DNA from: the human T2T-CHM13v2.0 reference genome, Homo sapiens | Direction: 5' to 3' (one strand) | Assembly: GCF_009914755.1 (NCBI RefSeq) | Contig: NC_060947.1 | Length of the DNA stretch: 64,000 nt | In this document: positions 14,500-28,075 of the stretch, one piece after another | Layout: every line of letters begins with the position of its first letter | Numbering within the stretch: position 1 is the stretch's first letter | Notes under the pieces: model-generated | The model's input: only the letters and a program-made list of their open reading frames with translations | What the model was told of the DNA's origin: nothing | The model's database searches: none | Position numbers and translations under genes: made by a program

Positions 14500-15190
14500 T
14501 CCTGAAATTCAGCTCTGATCACTTGCCTCCCTGCTCATCACTCCCATCACAAAACCCTAAAAGACTTCAATTTGCTTGCATAAGAAAGTCCCATTGCCTT
14601 GTCCTGGCATTTAAAGACATGTTCCAATGAGAATACTTGGACACAGGGTTGGGAACATCACACACTGGGGCCTGTCGTGGGGTGGGGGGAGAGGGGAGGG
14701 ATAGCTTTAGGAGATACACCTAATGTAAATGACGAGTTAACAGGTGCAGCACACCAACATGGCACATGTATACATATGTAACAAACCTGCACGTTGCACA
14801 CATGTACCCTAGAACTTAAAGTATAATAATAAAAAAAATTGAAAATAAAAAGAAAATAAATAAAGACATGTTCTATGAGAATCCAGAAGCCCTATTCGTA
14901 CCACATTTCCACACCAATATTTTGCTACTACAACCCTTCATGTAATCCTCTCCTCCAGGCAACTAAAATACTTGTTCTGCGTACACCTAACAAACATTTC
15001 TTCCATATTTTACCCTTTCTTCCCACCCCATGCCTACATATCCAACTCTTCTCCATCCTTCAAGATATAGTTCAAAGGTCAATTCCCCCATAAAGTCTTC
15101 TGTTTCCCACAGCCAGAAGTGATTGCTTCCTCTTCTGACCCCCACTCAGAGTACTTGCTTTCTGCCTCTGTTGTGCTTTGTCACTCTCTA
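14500..15190 (+). mobile_element. L2 fragment hosting the short L1PA insertion
   Basis: L2-like tctgatcacttgcctccctgctc...cctggcatttaaag and ccatccttcaagatatagttcaaaggtc. Confidence 0.55.
14625..14861 (+). mobile_element. Short 3'-end L1PA4/5-like insertion
   Basis: G-rich L1 3'UTR ...taatgtaaatgacgagttaa...tagaacttaaagtataat plus an A-rich tail. Perfect TSD AAAGACATGTTC at 14613-14624 and 14862-14873. Confidence 0.93.
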
Positions 15191-15263
15191 GCCTATATTT
15201 GAATAATTCCTCCTGTTACATGTAATAGCAGTTTTTATTTTATAAAATTGCTATGTATCTTAG

Positions 15264-15635
15264 CACTATGGTCTGAATGTTTGTGTCAGCCCAAAATTCA
15301 TATGTTAAAATCCTAACTCTCAGGATGATGATGTTAGGAGGCAAGGCCTTTGGGAGGTGATTAGGTCATAAGGGTGGAGCCCTCAGAAATGGAATTAATG
15401 CCCTCATAAAAGAGGCCCAATGGACCTAGGTCACCTCTTCTACTTCTGTGTCTCTCTATAAGGACACAGAGAGAAAATGCTATCTATGAACCAGGAAATG
15501 AGCTCTTACCAGATACCAGTTCTGCCAGCACCTTGATTTGGTCTTCCCAGCCTCCAGAACTGTGAGAAATAGATCTCTCTTGCTTACAAGCCATCCATTC
15601 TATGGTATTTTGTTATGGCAGCCTGAACTAAGACT
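15264..15635 (+). mobile_element. MLT1A0-like MaLR solo LTR inside a MIR
   Basis: ctatggtctgaatgtttgtgtc...cagcctccagaactgtgagaaata...ggcagcctgaactaagac. Confidence 0.85.
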
Positions 15636-15639
15636 CTTT

Positions 15640-15810
15640 ATAATCTGCGTCACAACTCTATCACGTAGGTAGGCATTATTATCCTAATTTCACAGATGAA
15701 GAAACTGAGACTGAGAATGATGAAATGAGTTATCCAAGGTCCTACAGTTTGTGGCAGATTCAGGAGTTGAACCCAAGTTTATTCCTCCGATTCCAAGTTT
15801 ATAACTCCTG
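15640..15810 (-). mobile_element. MIR
   Basis: attatcctaatttcacagatgaagaaactgagactgaga...ttatccaaggtcctacag. Confidence 0.8.
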
Positions 15811-16075
15811 CTTGTCAATATGAGGAAAAAATGTGGTTGAAGTTTTTTTTTTTTTTTGAGAAATCAGATTTTAATTAGAATGATAGTTATTTGATTCAAC
15901 TGATCCACTTGTCTTCCTCCTCTAAATGATTTGGGTGTGTGGATGTCATAGGACAATGGGAAGGATAAGTTTGAAACTGTGTTTTGCCACCTTTGGCTTA
16001 TACGTTCTTGGTAAATCACTTTCCTAATCTGGTCTTCACTTTCCTGATGTGTGACATGGACATAATTGTGCTTAC

Positions 16076-16545
16076 TGTCAAAAGACAAAATTACAACATA
16101 TTTAGTTTAAAGATCTAATTGGTTTTTATTTGCAATCTGGGAATTTGGCAACACCTTATTTCATAAAATAGAATGACTGTCTCTGGGCATGACAGAACAA
16201 TTGGTTTCTGTAGGGTGGGAAAAAGCAAACAGAACAATAAAAAAAGCAGATTGCTCAACATCAGGTGGTTACCAGTCACTCTTCTTGTAAGGGTTAAAGA
16301 GAAGGGGATTCCCTTATTACACTGATTCAGGGAGATTGGGCTTTTTCGGATTGGCTGCTGTGAATCTCCTGTTTTCAGGAAATAAAAAAAAAAACTGGTC
16401 TATTTGGGGATCTACCTGCTTTCATAAAGTTTCAGTTTGATTGTTTGGCACTCGGCATAAGTGACTCCATTTTTGTTTGGCCTGGTTTGTTGGGGCCTAG
16501 TATAGGAGACTAGTCCAAAGCAATGGCCTCCCATTAACTTCAGCA
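16076..16545 (-). mobile_element. MER31/MER67-like ERV1 solo LTR inserted in a MIR (15960-16580, +)
   Basis: TG...CA ends. The minus strand has GGGAGGCCATTGCTTTGGACTAGTCTCCTATACTAGGCCCCAAC...AAAATGGAGTCACT. TSD TTAC at 16072-16075 and 16546-16549. Confidence 0.8.
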
Positions 16546-16982
16546 TTACCTAGTCAGAATTAAGAGGATAATGTAGTTGCCAGAGGATTGGTCATCACCG
16601 CCCCTTTACTTATGTGCTCTGGGTCCTCCCTGGGGTACTTAACACAGTTCCCTCCCCACTTTGGGAAATAGGGAGCACTGAGATAAATACTCCTACCCCT
16701 GCCAGCAACTTTTACCTGACTCCTGTCCTAGGATAAATCAATGCAGCAGATTGTTTTCTGACCTTTTCTAAGTGAGATGTGCTCAGCAGTATCCTGAAGA
16801 GCCAGTTTTCTTTTTCAAAAATAACTTCAGGCAAATGGTAAGGCATTTATCCCCTGGATCCTGCTCTGCTCATAGCTCTACCCAGAGCACACCCAGGGTT
16901 GGGAATCAATCATTTGGAGGTAAAAATAACCACTATTTGATGCAAAAGACTAATTTGTGATAAGACCACTTTGTGGTGACTG

Positions 16983-17056
16983 GACTAATTTAACTCAATT
17001 GGCTAGAGCACAGTGCTCACAGGCCAAGGGTTCCAGATTGATCCACATGTGGACCA
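16983..17056 (+). pseudogene. Decayed tRNA-Ile-like relic, probably a MamSINE1 head or tRNA pseudogene
   Basis: ttaactcaattggctagagcacagtgctcacaggccaagggttccagattgatccacatgtggacca is colinear with tRNA-Ile(AAT), TTAGCTCAGTTGGTTAGAGCGTGGTGCTAATAACGCCAAGGTCGCGGGTTCGATCCCCGTACGGGCCA. The anticodon and B box are degraded. Confidence 0.65.
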
Positions 17057-17550
17057 CTTGACCCCATAGCATGTTGTCCCATTCATTCCTCCAGGCAATT
17101 TGTCATAGGCCTTTCCTCTTTAACAATTATTGGGAAACTGAGTGATTGATTCAAAGTGGGAATAAATAATAGAGACAGAAATGAAAACAGAGGAAAATGG
17201 TAGGAACTAAAAAAAAGCCAAGTAAAGTAAACATAAAGAAATATATAAAAAACCAATCATTTTTCAAAGTGAATCCACTCATACAACTCCACCCAGGTCA
17301 AGAAATAGAACATTACCTGGATCCCAGATGTCTTCCTCATGATCAATTCCAAGCACTATTCTCTTCTCCAAGGGGTATCAATTTTCTCAGAAAGCCAGAT
17401 CCAGAGGAGGTGAAACTTCTGGAAGGCAACCAGTATGGAAGACAAGTTACTTCACTTTGACTTTCTCATTTTTTCCCACTGTAGTATCAAAAAGATAATG
17501 CCTACCTTAAAGGCTGTTGTGATAATTAAATGAAGTCATGCATAGCTGTA

Positions 17551-17964
17551 CAAAAGGTTCCTGACATATGATGTTTCGACTTACAATTTTTCAACTTTAC
17601 AACGATGATGCAAAAGGGATATGCATTTAGTGGAAATGGTACTTTGAATTTTGATCTTTTCCTACTCTACTGATATGTGGTGTGATACTCTCTTGTGATA
17701 CTGGGCAGCAGCAAAGAGCTACAGTTCCCAGTTAGCCATGACATCACGAAGGTAAAGAACCCATACTCTACAGTGTACTGTATTGCCAGATGATTTTGCC
17801 CAACTGTGGGCTAACGTCAGCGTTCTGAGCATGTTTAAGGTAAGTTGGGCCAAGGTATGATGTTAGGTAGGTTAGGTGTATTAAGTGCATTTCCCACTTA
17901 CAGTATTTTGAATTTATGATGGGTTTATCAGGACATAACCCCACCGTAAGTCAAACAGCATCTG
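17551..17964 (-). mobile_element. MER47 (Tigger5-derived) non-autonomous DNA transposon inside a MIR
   Basis: The minus strand starts CAGATGCTGTTTGACTTACGGTGGGGTTATGTCCTGATAAACCCATC. TA TSD at 17549-17550 and 17965-17966. Confidence 0.85.
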
Positions 17965-18939
17965 TATAAACTTAACAGGTGCTCAGTGAATAGGTGCTGT
18001 TATTTTACCATCAGTATTATTGGTGAGTTTGGATGATGGATGATGCAGTGTAAACCCAAACTCAAGGCATGTGCACGGTGCCATCTACACTTTAATGTAT
18101 CTCAATAGCAGCTGCTGCAAGAGATGTAGCCTGTGGCTGCTCTCACCAACAGATACAAGACCTGTTCCTACAAACCTCACTGAGGACCAGGCTGTGGATG
18201 CCGAAGAGTTCATTCTACCTGCTTCATTAAATAACTAATGTGTTTCTGGGCAATCAGGCCCAATCTCAGCCCTGCCACCTATAATTAGTTTGAACTGCAG
18301 GCAAATGCTGAACAGAGCCCAGCAGCAGTTCCTCAAGGGAAGGGCTGCAGGAGCAGGGTTGGGGAATAGAACCTAGAGAGTCTGAGGCCTGTAATGGGTA
18401 ACCTGAAAAAGAATAGGGCGATGTGTTCAGAATGCCCTCAAACCATTTTTTGTGAGTTTCTATGATTTTGTTACAGTCATCTCTTTTTAGTTTTGTGTAT
18501 TCTGATGAGTTGAGAAATGGGTCACCTTTTCTGTTCTTCTAAAGAACAATTAGCAGCAGGTGGGGATGGTGATTGGTTAAACCTACTTTTAAAAATTATG
18601 TCAATAATCATGGCTTCCATGAGCCTTTGCTTCAAAACACTCAAAAGAAAAAAAGCACTTGGTAATATCTGGTAGGATGTTTCTTGCCCTCAGGAGAAAG
18701 TAAAGCTTTTTGGGCTTCCTTTTTACAATGCCTGATCATTCTCCCATTGAATTTTGTCTTATCTTTGGGCCCATCCGATGCCTGCAGGCATCAGCCCCTG
18801 TCCTCTTCCTACTATCTAGGATTCTTACTCTACAGGGATGGACACTCAGCTTGGGCTTTTCAGCCATGATTGTTCGAAGGTTTCTCTTTAGAAACTCTGG
18901 TATCCTGAGAAAACCACTGCTCTTTGAAGAGACTAGGTC

Positions 18940-19206
18940 CAGCTTATGCTTCTCCCACCTTGGGAAGCTTTCCTGGATGCACCCAAGCAGACTTGGTCCC
19001 TCCCCTCCTTGTTGCCACTCTTATAGGAATCTGGAGCTCAGCACAGATTCCTCTGCATTGAAATGTATTATTCATCTCTTTTTCTCACATTCTGATCTCC
19101 CTGAGTGCTAAGAGTTATTTCCTTATTCTTCACTATATCTTCAGCTTTTAGCTCAGTTCCTGGCACATAAAGGTAAGCAGTAATCTCCCAGATTGATGAA
19201 TAAATG
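18940..19206 (+). mobile_element. L2 3' end
   Basis: cagttcctggcacataaaggtaagcagtaa...gattgatgaataaatg. Confidence 0.65.
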
Positions 19207-19707
19207 TTTGTGCTGATCATACACTATGAAAAAATCAATTGCCAGCTTTTTATCTACATTTTTCCTATAGAGTGATAATAAAATAATAATAATTTCAATA
19301 ATAATTTCAATCTTTCTTACGTTCAACCTAAAGTAGAAATTTGTTTTAGTGACATAACTCCTTGTATTAAATAATAACAAAAAAAGTTATTTTGCCCAGG
19401 CTGCCTTGTCTCTTGACACGTTTACTTTCACCTTTCTTTTCAGATTCCCCAGTGGATATTCAGGTCTTCTAGGCCCATCACATCCCTCAACCTTAGGTTT
19501 CAATATTTTCCTATAAATTTTGGGGGCTTGAAGAGTAACATTCAACTCCCACTACAGCCAAGTATTTAAAGTTGTCCTACAATTAGCCCCCAAACTGCTT
19601 TTTAAGTCTTACATCACAGCATCCCTCTGGAGTTTGGGTCACACTAGACTACTCCTGTTTTTGTTACATATACAATCACCTTTCATGGCTTCACACCTGA
19701 AGGTTGG

Positions 19708-20071
19708 TCTTGTTGAAATGTAATCTCCATTGTTGGAAGTGGGGCCTTGTAGGAGGTGTTTGGAACATTGGGGGCAGATCCTTCATGAATGGCCTGGGCT
19801 ATCCCCCTGGTGATAAGCGAGCGCTCACTCTGAGTTTACACAAAATCTGCTCATTTAAAAGTATGTGGCACCACCCCTCCATCTTGCTCCTGCTTTCACC
19901 ATGTGAGACACCTGCTCCCCCTTTGCCTTCTGCCATGATTTTAAGCTTTCTGAGGCCTCCCTAGAAGGCAAGAAGATGCCTGCAGAACCATGAGCCAATT
20001 GAACCTCCTTTCTTTATAAATTAGCCAATCTCAGGTGTTTATTTATGGTAATGCAAGAATGGCTTAATACA
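19708..20071 (+). mobile_element. MSTA/MSTB MaLR LTR, slightly 5'-truncated
   Basis: gttgaaatgtaatctcc...gcctgcagaaccatgagccaatt...gcaagaatggcttaataca. Confidence 0.85.
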
Positions 20072-22668
20072 ACACTTTTGTTCAAACTGGTCACTCCTAC
20101 AACTCCCTTCCCTACCCTTTTGGCCTACTGCCATCTTACTGAGGTTCACATTCAACTCTAATGTCATCTCCACTGTAAAATAATTTGCCTCCTTCTCTAT
20201 ACTCCCATAATTCTTTCTATGCACTTTTCTGAACACAATTAGCTTTTGTATCTTACAATATTATTACTTGTGAGCCTGTCTGGTACCTGCCTAGTCTTCA
20301 TAATCCTGTGCATTCTCCATGATAGTATCTATCGTACCTGCCCCAAGTGAGTGCCCAAAAGATTCATAATCTATGCCTCAAATGTAATTTTATTTAACAT
20401 AGAATTTAAGAACCTTAAAATGTGCTTAGATAAAATCAAACAAATTATAATTTGAAAACAGGATTTCTCTATTAACTTTTCCTGAAAACAGTTTTACTTA
20501 TCAGAGGAAAGCAAATTCATCATAATTAACTAGGAATCCTTTTGTAAGATTTCTCAAATTAGTAAAGATGTCTTAGCTGGATCATACAGCCCTCATTACT
20601 TGATCATATGTGACAGTGATTCAACTGTCATTAAATAGCAATTAAAATATTTTCCTGATGATCTTTAATTGAACATGCATTTTAATATGTATTGATGGAA
20701 CTCTAATGAGGACTACAGGCAGCAGAGTTACCACAGATCAGAAATCATTTTTCCCTAATGCCAATTATTGAGGTCAATTGCCATTTTCATCTTGAGATGT
20801 GATTTTCAGGTAAAACTGGCTCAGAATCATGAGCTGAATGTGAAATACTTGATTCTGAAAGGCAAGTCACAGAAACCATGCAATTTTTGGAGATTAAAAA
20901 TGGTCTATTGCTTTCTTTGGGGTTGGCTATGAAAAGAAATCACCATGTATGGAATTGCTTTGCTTTGGGGGAATTGTTTTTGTACTTTAGTAGTTAAACC
21001 GGATTTATTTTCCAAAATGAACTCTTTCTCTCAACAATTTCTGAGGGATACCCTGTGAATGATGCTTGAACATTTGGCAATCAGTTGGCCCTTTCCCACT
21101 GTGCCACTGCTCATTCACAACCTTCCCATAAACCAAGCACTCAGGAGTCTCTTGATAATAAGAAAAAACGGAGAATGTACTGATGACTTTTCCTTCCCAC
21201 CCAAGTTGGAAGGAAAGCCTGGTTGAGGTCTCTGAGCTGTTTTCTATCCATTTAGGTCACTTAACACCTTATCAAACTAAGTCATTTATTGAGCATTAAA
21301 ATTAATGTCCAAGAACATTAAATGTAAGTGAACATATCCGGGAGATTTAATCACTCTGTCTAATCAACCTAAAGGCTCTAAAAGCTAAACAAGCAGTCTA
21401 TGTGAGGAGTTACATCAGAAAGGTCAAAGGGTGCTGACTATCCTAACACCAGATCGCAAGCTTCAAAACAAGGGCCAGTCAAAAGTGACAGATTCTAGCC
21501 ATGATGATGTATGGAGACCTTCTCGGGTGACCTGAGGTGTCAACTCACAATGTAATGACTCATCAGTGAGGAAGAACAGTGGAAAGGGAGCAGGAAAACA
21601 GTAATCTGGTTATGACATGTAATGTATGCCTAGAAACGAGTGTCAATTTCACCCAGACGGCCTTTTTAGCCTTGAAAAACTGAATCAACACAAATGAATG
21701 GAGTTCTGAAAGTTCAAAAGGTTTTCTTTGAGGAAAAAAAAAAGATTGCTTCCTTAAAATCAAGCAATCACTCAGGAGGCATACAACGCTATTACTTCCA
21801 AATGTCTCTCATTACCACTCAGAATATTTTTGTCTCAGATTTATGGCAGTTTGAGTTTGTTTTCCCTCAAACCTTTCTTTACCAAAGAACCCCTTTTAAT
21901 TTGTAACTTGAAAAAAAATTCCCCACAGACATTTGCAGACAACTGCTGCCTAGTATTGCAAATTCTGCTTTCAAATGGGATTCCATTTTTGCTCATTTTC
22001 AACCTGAATCCTTTTGTTCTGTACAGCGGAAGCATGCATTTCTATTTCCACTGCCTTTTGTACTTTTCTTATTAAGACTCCTAGCCCCTGTTTAAAAAAT
22101 CAAGCGTTTTGAAGGCAGATTAATAAAAATCAGAAACAACAACAGATTTATGTTCTCAAGAACACACATAACCACCCTGATGTCACCAAGAGCAGTGGAT
22201 ATTGGAGGCCAGAGTCTCACTTGACAGACAAATGTATTTATTGCATCTACATCTTAGTCACTTGGGTTAAACAAAGGAACCCACTTAGCAATTCACTTAT
22301 TGCACCCAAATTCCAAGGCTTGTTTCATCTTGGAAAATTTGCGAGGTTTCCAGATGCTGACAACACGAGACAGTAACTATGATGTCTACCGTGAGGACAA
22401 AGGGCGACCCTCAGGAAATTTCTCATTATTGCCATGGCAATGATGGCTGCATAGGTGCAATCTTTGCGTTGGTTGGAAAGGTTTTAAAATTCAGAGTTTG
22501 TGAATTAAAGATGGTAAGACAGAGTAGCCCTTAGACAATCCACTGTATAATTAGCTTCTGCTGAAATTAAAGGCTAAGTGACATGTTATCTTGTTGTCAA
22601 GTTGAACACGATTGCAAGAGATTTAACATAAATCATACTATCCTCTTCCTGTATATAGCATTACCCTT

Positions 22669-22672
<4 letters not shown>

Positions 22673-22718
<46 letters not shown>
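22673..22718. repeat. (CA)23 microsatellite
   Basis: Perfect CA run. Confidence 0.97.
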
Positions 22719-22720
<2 letters not shown>

Positions 22721-24434
22721 TGTATAGATTCTGTTTAGAATAGGCCTGCCCTTCCCCTATCCTGCTGAATAAAATTTGCTACTTGTTTTAAAATAGCAGC
22801 TGTTTTTAATCAGCTCAATATAGATAAAAGCCAAACACCCAAAGAAGCCCACATGGAAAAGTTTCCTTTGAGTTGTAGCTGACGTTATTCTCCATATTTT
22901 TAGATTTAGCAAATATAGATCCAAGCCACTTTTAGCTATCTCAAATTTTAAAGAGTATTAGAAATATCCCACTTTATTTTTGGTAGGAGGAAGGTTATTG
23001 TACCTTGGTTGAACTTAGGATTTGAGACTTTGAAATTATTCCCTGGGTTGAATTCCAGGTTGGGGTTGGGGCTGAGGTGGGGATAGATCTGTTCAGGCTG
23101 GTTTCCAATTCAATCCTGTTTGCAAGTAGGGAAACCTGATCCTACCTACACAGGGCTCACTGTAAGAGACCTTTGGTTTTTTAGGTGAAGGTCTCCAATT
23201 TCTTTTTTTTTTTTTAAGAGAAAACCTGGACTCAATCCATCTAAGCGAAGGGCAGGTCTTTTAGTTTATTTAAGTCTCAAATGGGGAAAAAAGCCCCCTT
23301 AGACATAACCCTTTGGTTACAAATCTATTGTAACCTTTTCCAGGCAAGTCACATTTCCCTCTCCAGTTTCCAATGTATAAATATGAGCGGTGCACAGGAA
23401 CAGCCGTTTCCAGATCATTGAAGTATAAAGTTAGTTATTCTTCTATTAAATACTGACCAAGATGGTATCCTTATTTACAAGATTCAGTACTCCTCCACCA
23501 CTCCCACTACATACACTACTAACCCTTAATGGATTCTTGTCCTTGAATAAGACAACCTGACTCATCTGTGGAATGATTCATTGCTCCTTAGAGCATATAT
23601 TATTCCAATTCTCAAGAGTTAAAACTGTCCAGACAGAAGTGAACCATACAAAAGGCAAAGGAAAAACAAATTAGTGGACAATCATCATGCAGCAAAAGAA
23701 AATCTAAATTGTGTTCCACAGACATGTGTATACTTCGCCAAAACATGGCAAAATTGAGTCAAAAATGGAATGTTTTTATTCTAAACACTGCATCAATCCA
23801 GAGGTTAATATAATACTTTGCTCCTTATAAACATGGCTGAAAGCTGTGAATACAACCTGGAAAAAAACGACCATAGACAAAAATGACCACAGCCGAAAAT
23901 GAATGCATAAGAGATTGACTGAAAGGTTTAAAGCACTGTGTCTGTCAAGTAGGAAGGAGAAGGCCTCTCTGAGAGGAGAGAGAACTGTTACATCATTTGT
24001 GAATTGATCCTGTTGATTTTATGAGGTGTGTGACAGAGTTAGGAAATAGTTTATGCACAAATATATGGTCCACAAATGAACAGATATAGTCATATCATTT
24101 CTAAAGGACAGTATAGCATTGGTTAAATGACTATTTCCTTACTAATGACATCAACTTCAAAAATTGTTTCTATCTAGTACTGATTTTTATGAAGAGGATT
24201 TACAGCCAGATCCATATAATATATTATGCAAGGCAATTTTGTTGGAGGGAACATTGGATTGGCCCAGATCTGACTCAGCATCTTGCCTTCATGGGACTGG
24301 TTGTTAAAAGACCAGAATGAGCATTCATACGCCGTGTCCCAAAAGACTCCGGAATCAAGCTGCAGTGCTCCAGACAAAGGCTTCAAGGCATTTTTTAAAG
24401 ATAAGGTAGAGTCGGGCCACCAAAAAAGGCAAGA

Positions 24435-24665
24435 CATGGAGGCAGTGTATCCAACTGCCTGGGTTCAAATGCTGACTCTACTACCACTAGCTATGTGAAT
24501 ATGGTTATGTTAATGTCTCTGAACTTCACTTTCCACATCTGTAAACTGGAGATCACCATAGTGCCTACTTCAGAGGGTTGTGTTGTAAAAATAAAAGATT
24601 ACACACGTTAAAGCACTTAGAAGAATGATGCAGTGTAAGCACTAACTGAATGGTAACTCTTGTTT
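24435..24665 (+). mobile_element. MIR, near full length
   Basis: ctgcctgggttcaaatgctgactctactaccactagctatgtga...catctgtaaactggagat...aaagcacttagaa. Confidence 0.85.
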
Positions 24666-25604
24666 TTGCTGATGCATAAAGTATTCTAGACCGTTGGTGG
24701 AAGATTTCACACACATGGCTGCCTTTGAGATTGTACCCACAAGTTACCACTGGTCAAAATATAACCTAGCCTCCATATAAGAGTAGGAAACGACAAGAGT
24801 GAGGACATAACTTTGTAATTGGCATCTTCTTTCTCGGCAACAAGTTCTTCTTATTTTATTTATATATTGAGCAACAAGTATGGCTCAGGCACAAAGAATA
24901 GAACAATGATATAGATCGCTGTGGTCCTTGAATGAGTGGAGCTTACAATCTACCCTGTGCTCACACTTGTGGCCCTGAGGGATCTGGAATGGCTTTTTGT
25001 CACTATGTGGAGACTCCTGTATTTCTTCCTCTGCCGCCCCCGTGGCTTGAGACACAAGTTATCAAACTGTCTCCAAAATAACACGACTGACTGCTTTCAG
25101 AATTTCAAGATTTGCAGTAAATATTTGTGTGAAAATGAACAGGTTTGATAACTTCTATGATTTTTATTGATGTTTCTGTGTTTGATATTTTTAATCTGCC
25201 TAGTTCCACAAAGGTTGTGACACAACGTAAATGATATACTCCACAATAAGACAAAAATAAGTGTGGAGGCTCCCCTCAACATAGCAGATTAAGCCCATCC
25301 TTCCTCATATTATTAGAAAATACAGAAAAATATGTTTTATAGGGAAGTAATAAAGTAAAGAAGTGCTGATAAACAAGAAAGACTGTCATTGGGAGACCAG
25401 AAATGTTAAGGAATCCCTGGAAGATAGAAAACAAATTGGACTGAAACTGAGACCAATGTACACATAGAAGATCTCTTCAAGCTCATAATCAATAGAATCA
25501 AGTAGCTGGAGAGGCTCCAGGGTTAACAGTTAAGGTAATTAATTTGGGAACTTCTTCCAAGAAGAATTCTAGAAAAACAAAAGAGAGAGATGATGGAGGG
25601 AAAA

Positions 25605-26485
25605 ATGGTAAGAATAATTAATATCTACTCTTAGAAAAGTTCAAGTATACAATGCATTATTAATTATAGTCACCATGCTATATGTTAGCTTTCCAGAACT
25701 TACTCATCTTAAGTTTGTACACTTTGACCAACAACCACACCCCAGACCCTGGCAACCACCGTTTTATTTTTTGTTTCTATGAGTTCAATGTTTTTTAGAT
25801 TCCATCTATAATTGAGATCATGCAATATTTGTCTTTCTGTGTCTGGCTTATTTCACTTAACATAATATCCTCAAGGTTCATCCTGGTTGTCACAAATGGC
25901 AGGATTTCCTTCTTTTTAATGGTTGAATATATGTATACATATACACACACAATGGAATATGTATATATATGTATATATATATTCCTTATATATGTGTGTA
26001 TATATATATATTCCATATATATACAGAAAATGTGAGATAAATGTTTATCAGTGAATGCTTAGGTTATTTTCATATCTTGGCTATTGTGAATAGTGCTACA
26101 ATGAACATGGGAGTGCAGATACCTCTTTGACATACTGATTTCATTGCCTTTGGATATGTCCCCAGGAGTGGAATTGCTGGATCATATGATAGTTCTACTT
26201 TTTGTTTTTTGAGAAATTTTCATCCTATTTTCCATAATGGCGGTACCAATGAACTATCCCATCAACAGTGTATAAGTGTTCTCTTTTCTCTACATCTTTA
26301 CCAAAACTTACATTCTGACTTTTTTATAATAGCCGTCCTAATATGTATGAGGTGATATCTCATTGTGGTTTTAATTTGCATTTCTATGATGATTAATAAT
26401 GTTGAGCACCTTTTCATATACCTGTTGGCCATTGGTGTATTTTATTTGGAAAAAATGCCTATTCAGTTCCTTTGCCCATTTTAAA

Positions 26486-26516
<31 letters not shown>

Positions 26517-27480
26517 TTTGTTTTTCTTTTCTTGCTATTGAGTTATTTGAATCCTTACCACACAAATGGTTTGCAAATATTTTCTCCCATTCTATAGGTG
26601 GCCTTTTCATTTTGTTGATTGTTTCCTTTGCTGTGCTGAAACCTTTTAGATTGATATAGTTTCATTTGTTCATTTTTACTTACATTTGTTGCCTGTGCTT
26701 TGGTGTTATATCCAAAAATGATTGCCAAGGTGACTATCAAGGAGTTTTCTCCATATGTTTTCTTCTAGGACTTTTATAGTTTCAGGTCTTACATTTAAGT
26801 CCTTAATCCTTTTTAAGATGATTTTTGTGTATGGTATCAGATAAAGGTCCAATTTATCATTTTGCAAGTGGATATTTAATTTTCCCAAAACTATTTACTG
26901 AAGAGACTATCCTTTTCCTATTGTGTATTCTTGATGCCTTTGTCAAAGATCTGTTGACTGCATATGTGTAGGTTTATTTCTAGTACTATATTAAACAGAA
27001 GTGTGATGAGAGTGGGTGGGCATACTTATAGTGTTCCTGATCTTAGGGGAAAAGCTTTCAGCTTGTCACATTTGAGTATGAGTTTAGTTATGGGCTTGTC
27101 ATACATAGCCTTTATTATGTTGAGATACATTCCTTCCATAGTGTATTTGTTGGGATATTTTGTCATGAAACAATGGTAAATGGTGTCAAATATTTTTTCT
27201 GCATCTATTGAGATGATCATATGATTTTAATCCTTCATTCTGTTAATGTAGTGTATCACACTTATTTATTTGTGTATGTTGAGTCATCCTTGGATTTCAG
27301 AGATAAATCTCAGGTAATCATGGTGTGAGGTCCTTGATATGTGCTGTGGGATTCAGTTTGTTAGTATTTTGTTAAGGACTTTTGCATCTATGTTCTTCAG
27401 GGATATTGAACTTTCCTTCTAACTTTCTTTTCTTGTAGTGTCTTTCTCTGGCTTTGGAATAGAGGTATTGCTGGACTCTT
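25605..27480 (-). mobile_element. L1MA9/L1MB-like 3' portion with an internal deletion near 26980
   Basis: Reverse L1MA 3'UTR (caagtatacaatgcattattaattatagtcaccatgct). Minus-strand ORF2 remnants EWEKIFANH and MIISIDAEKIFD...KAFPLRSGT. Confidence 0.85.
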
Positions 27481-27834
27481 CTTCAAGAGAAGAAGAAGAA
27501 AGAAGACACATCTAAACCAAGTAGAAATGTGAAAAGGAATATAACTGCATATAGCTGTTAAGATTTTATAAATTACAAGAGGATTAGAGGATTTATAAGC
27601 TTATTCCAATAATTTTGACAGTCAAGAAAGCTTCCACATGATGTAAATTGTTTCCCAGCATTTAAGGACATTGACAGTTTACTTTCAAGTTACACAAGGC
27701 TACACTACCTTTATATTTACAAAAGATAAGTTTAGCACAAAAGGAGAACCTATAACCATTCTCTTCTCTGAAAATAGATCTAAAATCCTAAGTAAAATAG
27801 TGGCAATCAATTGCAGCAGCTGATCAAGTAGGCT

Positions 27835-28075
27835 GTGGCAAAGACTGCCAGTTGCCTACGCATTATCCACTCTCCTGTTCTTTCTTTCTAGTAGAATCTT
27901 AATTTTATTTAGTAGGAAAATGTGCCCAAATGAAAAGAAAAAGAAAAAAAAGAAAAGAACAAAATTTCCAATCCTGCCTGTAGATATATGTGATGATGTA
28001 GCTAACTCAGTGCTGGAAAATGAGATGTAAGTAGAATTACTGAGTGGGAATTCTATGAAAGTCCTTAAAATAGGT
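27835..28075 (+). mobile_element. MLT1J-like LTR fragment
   Basis: tgtggcaaagactgccagttgcctac...aatgagatgtaagtagaa. Confidence 0.6.

Noticed and set aside
16750-16843. Possible 65-bp exon (ttttctaag|TGAG...AATG|gtaagg) and a strong acceptor at 19443
   Set aside because: Such splice-like signals are common by chance. There is no coding signal or partner exon, so it cannot be supported without RNA data.
16983-17056. Functional tRNA gene
   Set aside because: The T-loop GTTCGA and the anticodon arm are disrupted.
18710-19111. 133-aa ORF in semi-unique DNA
   Set aside because: Non-ATG start, runs into an L2 fragment, and shows no domain similarity that I recognise.
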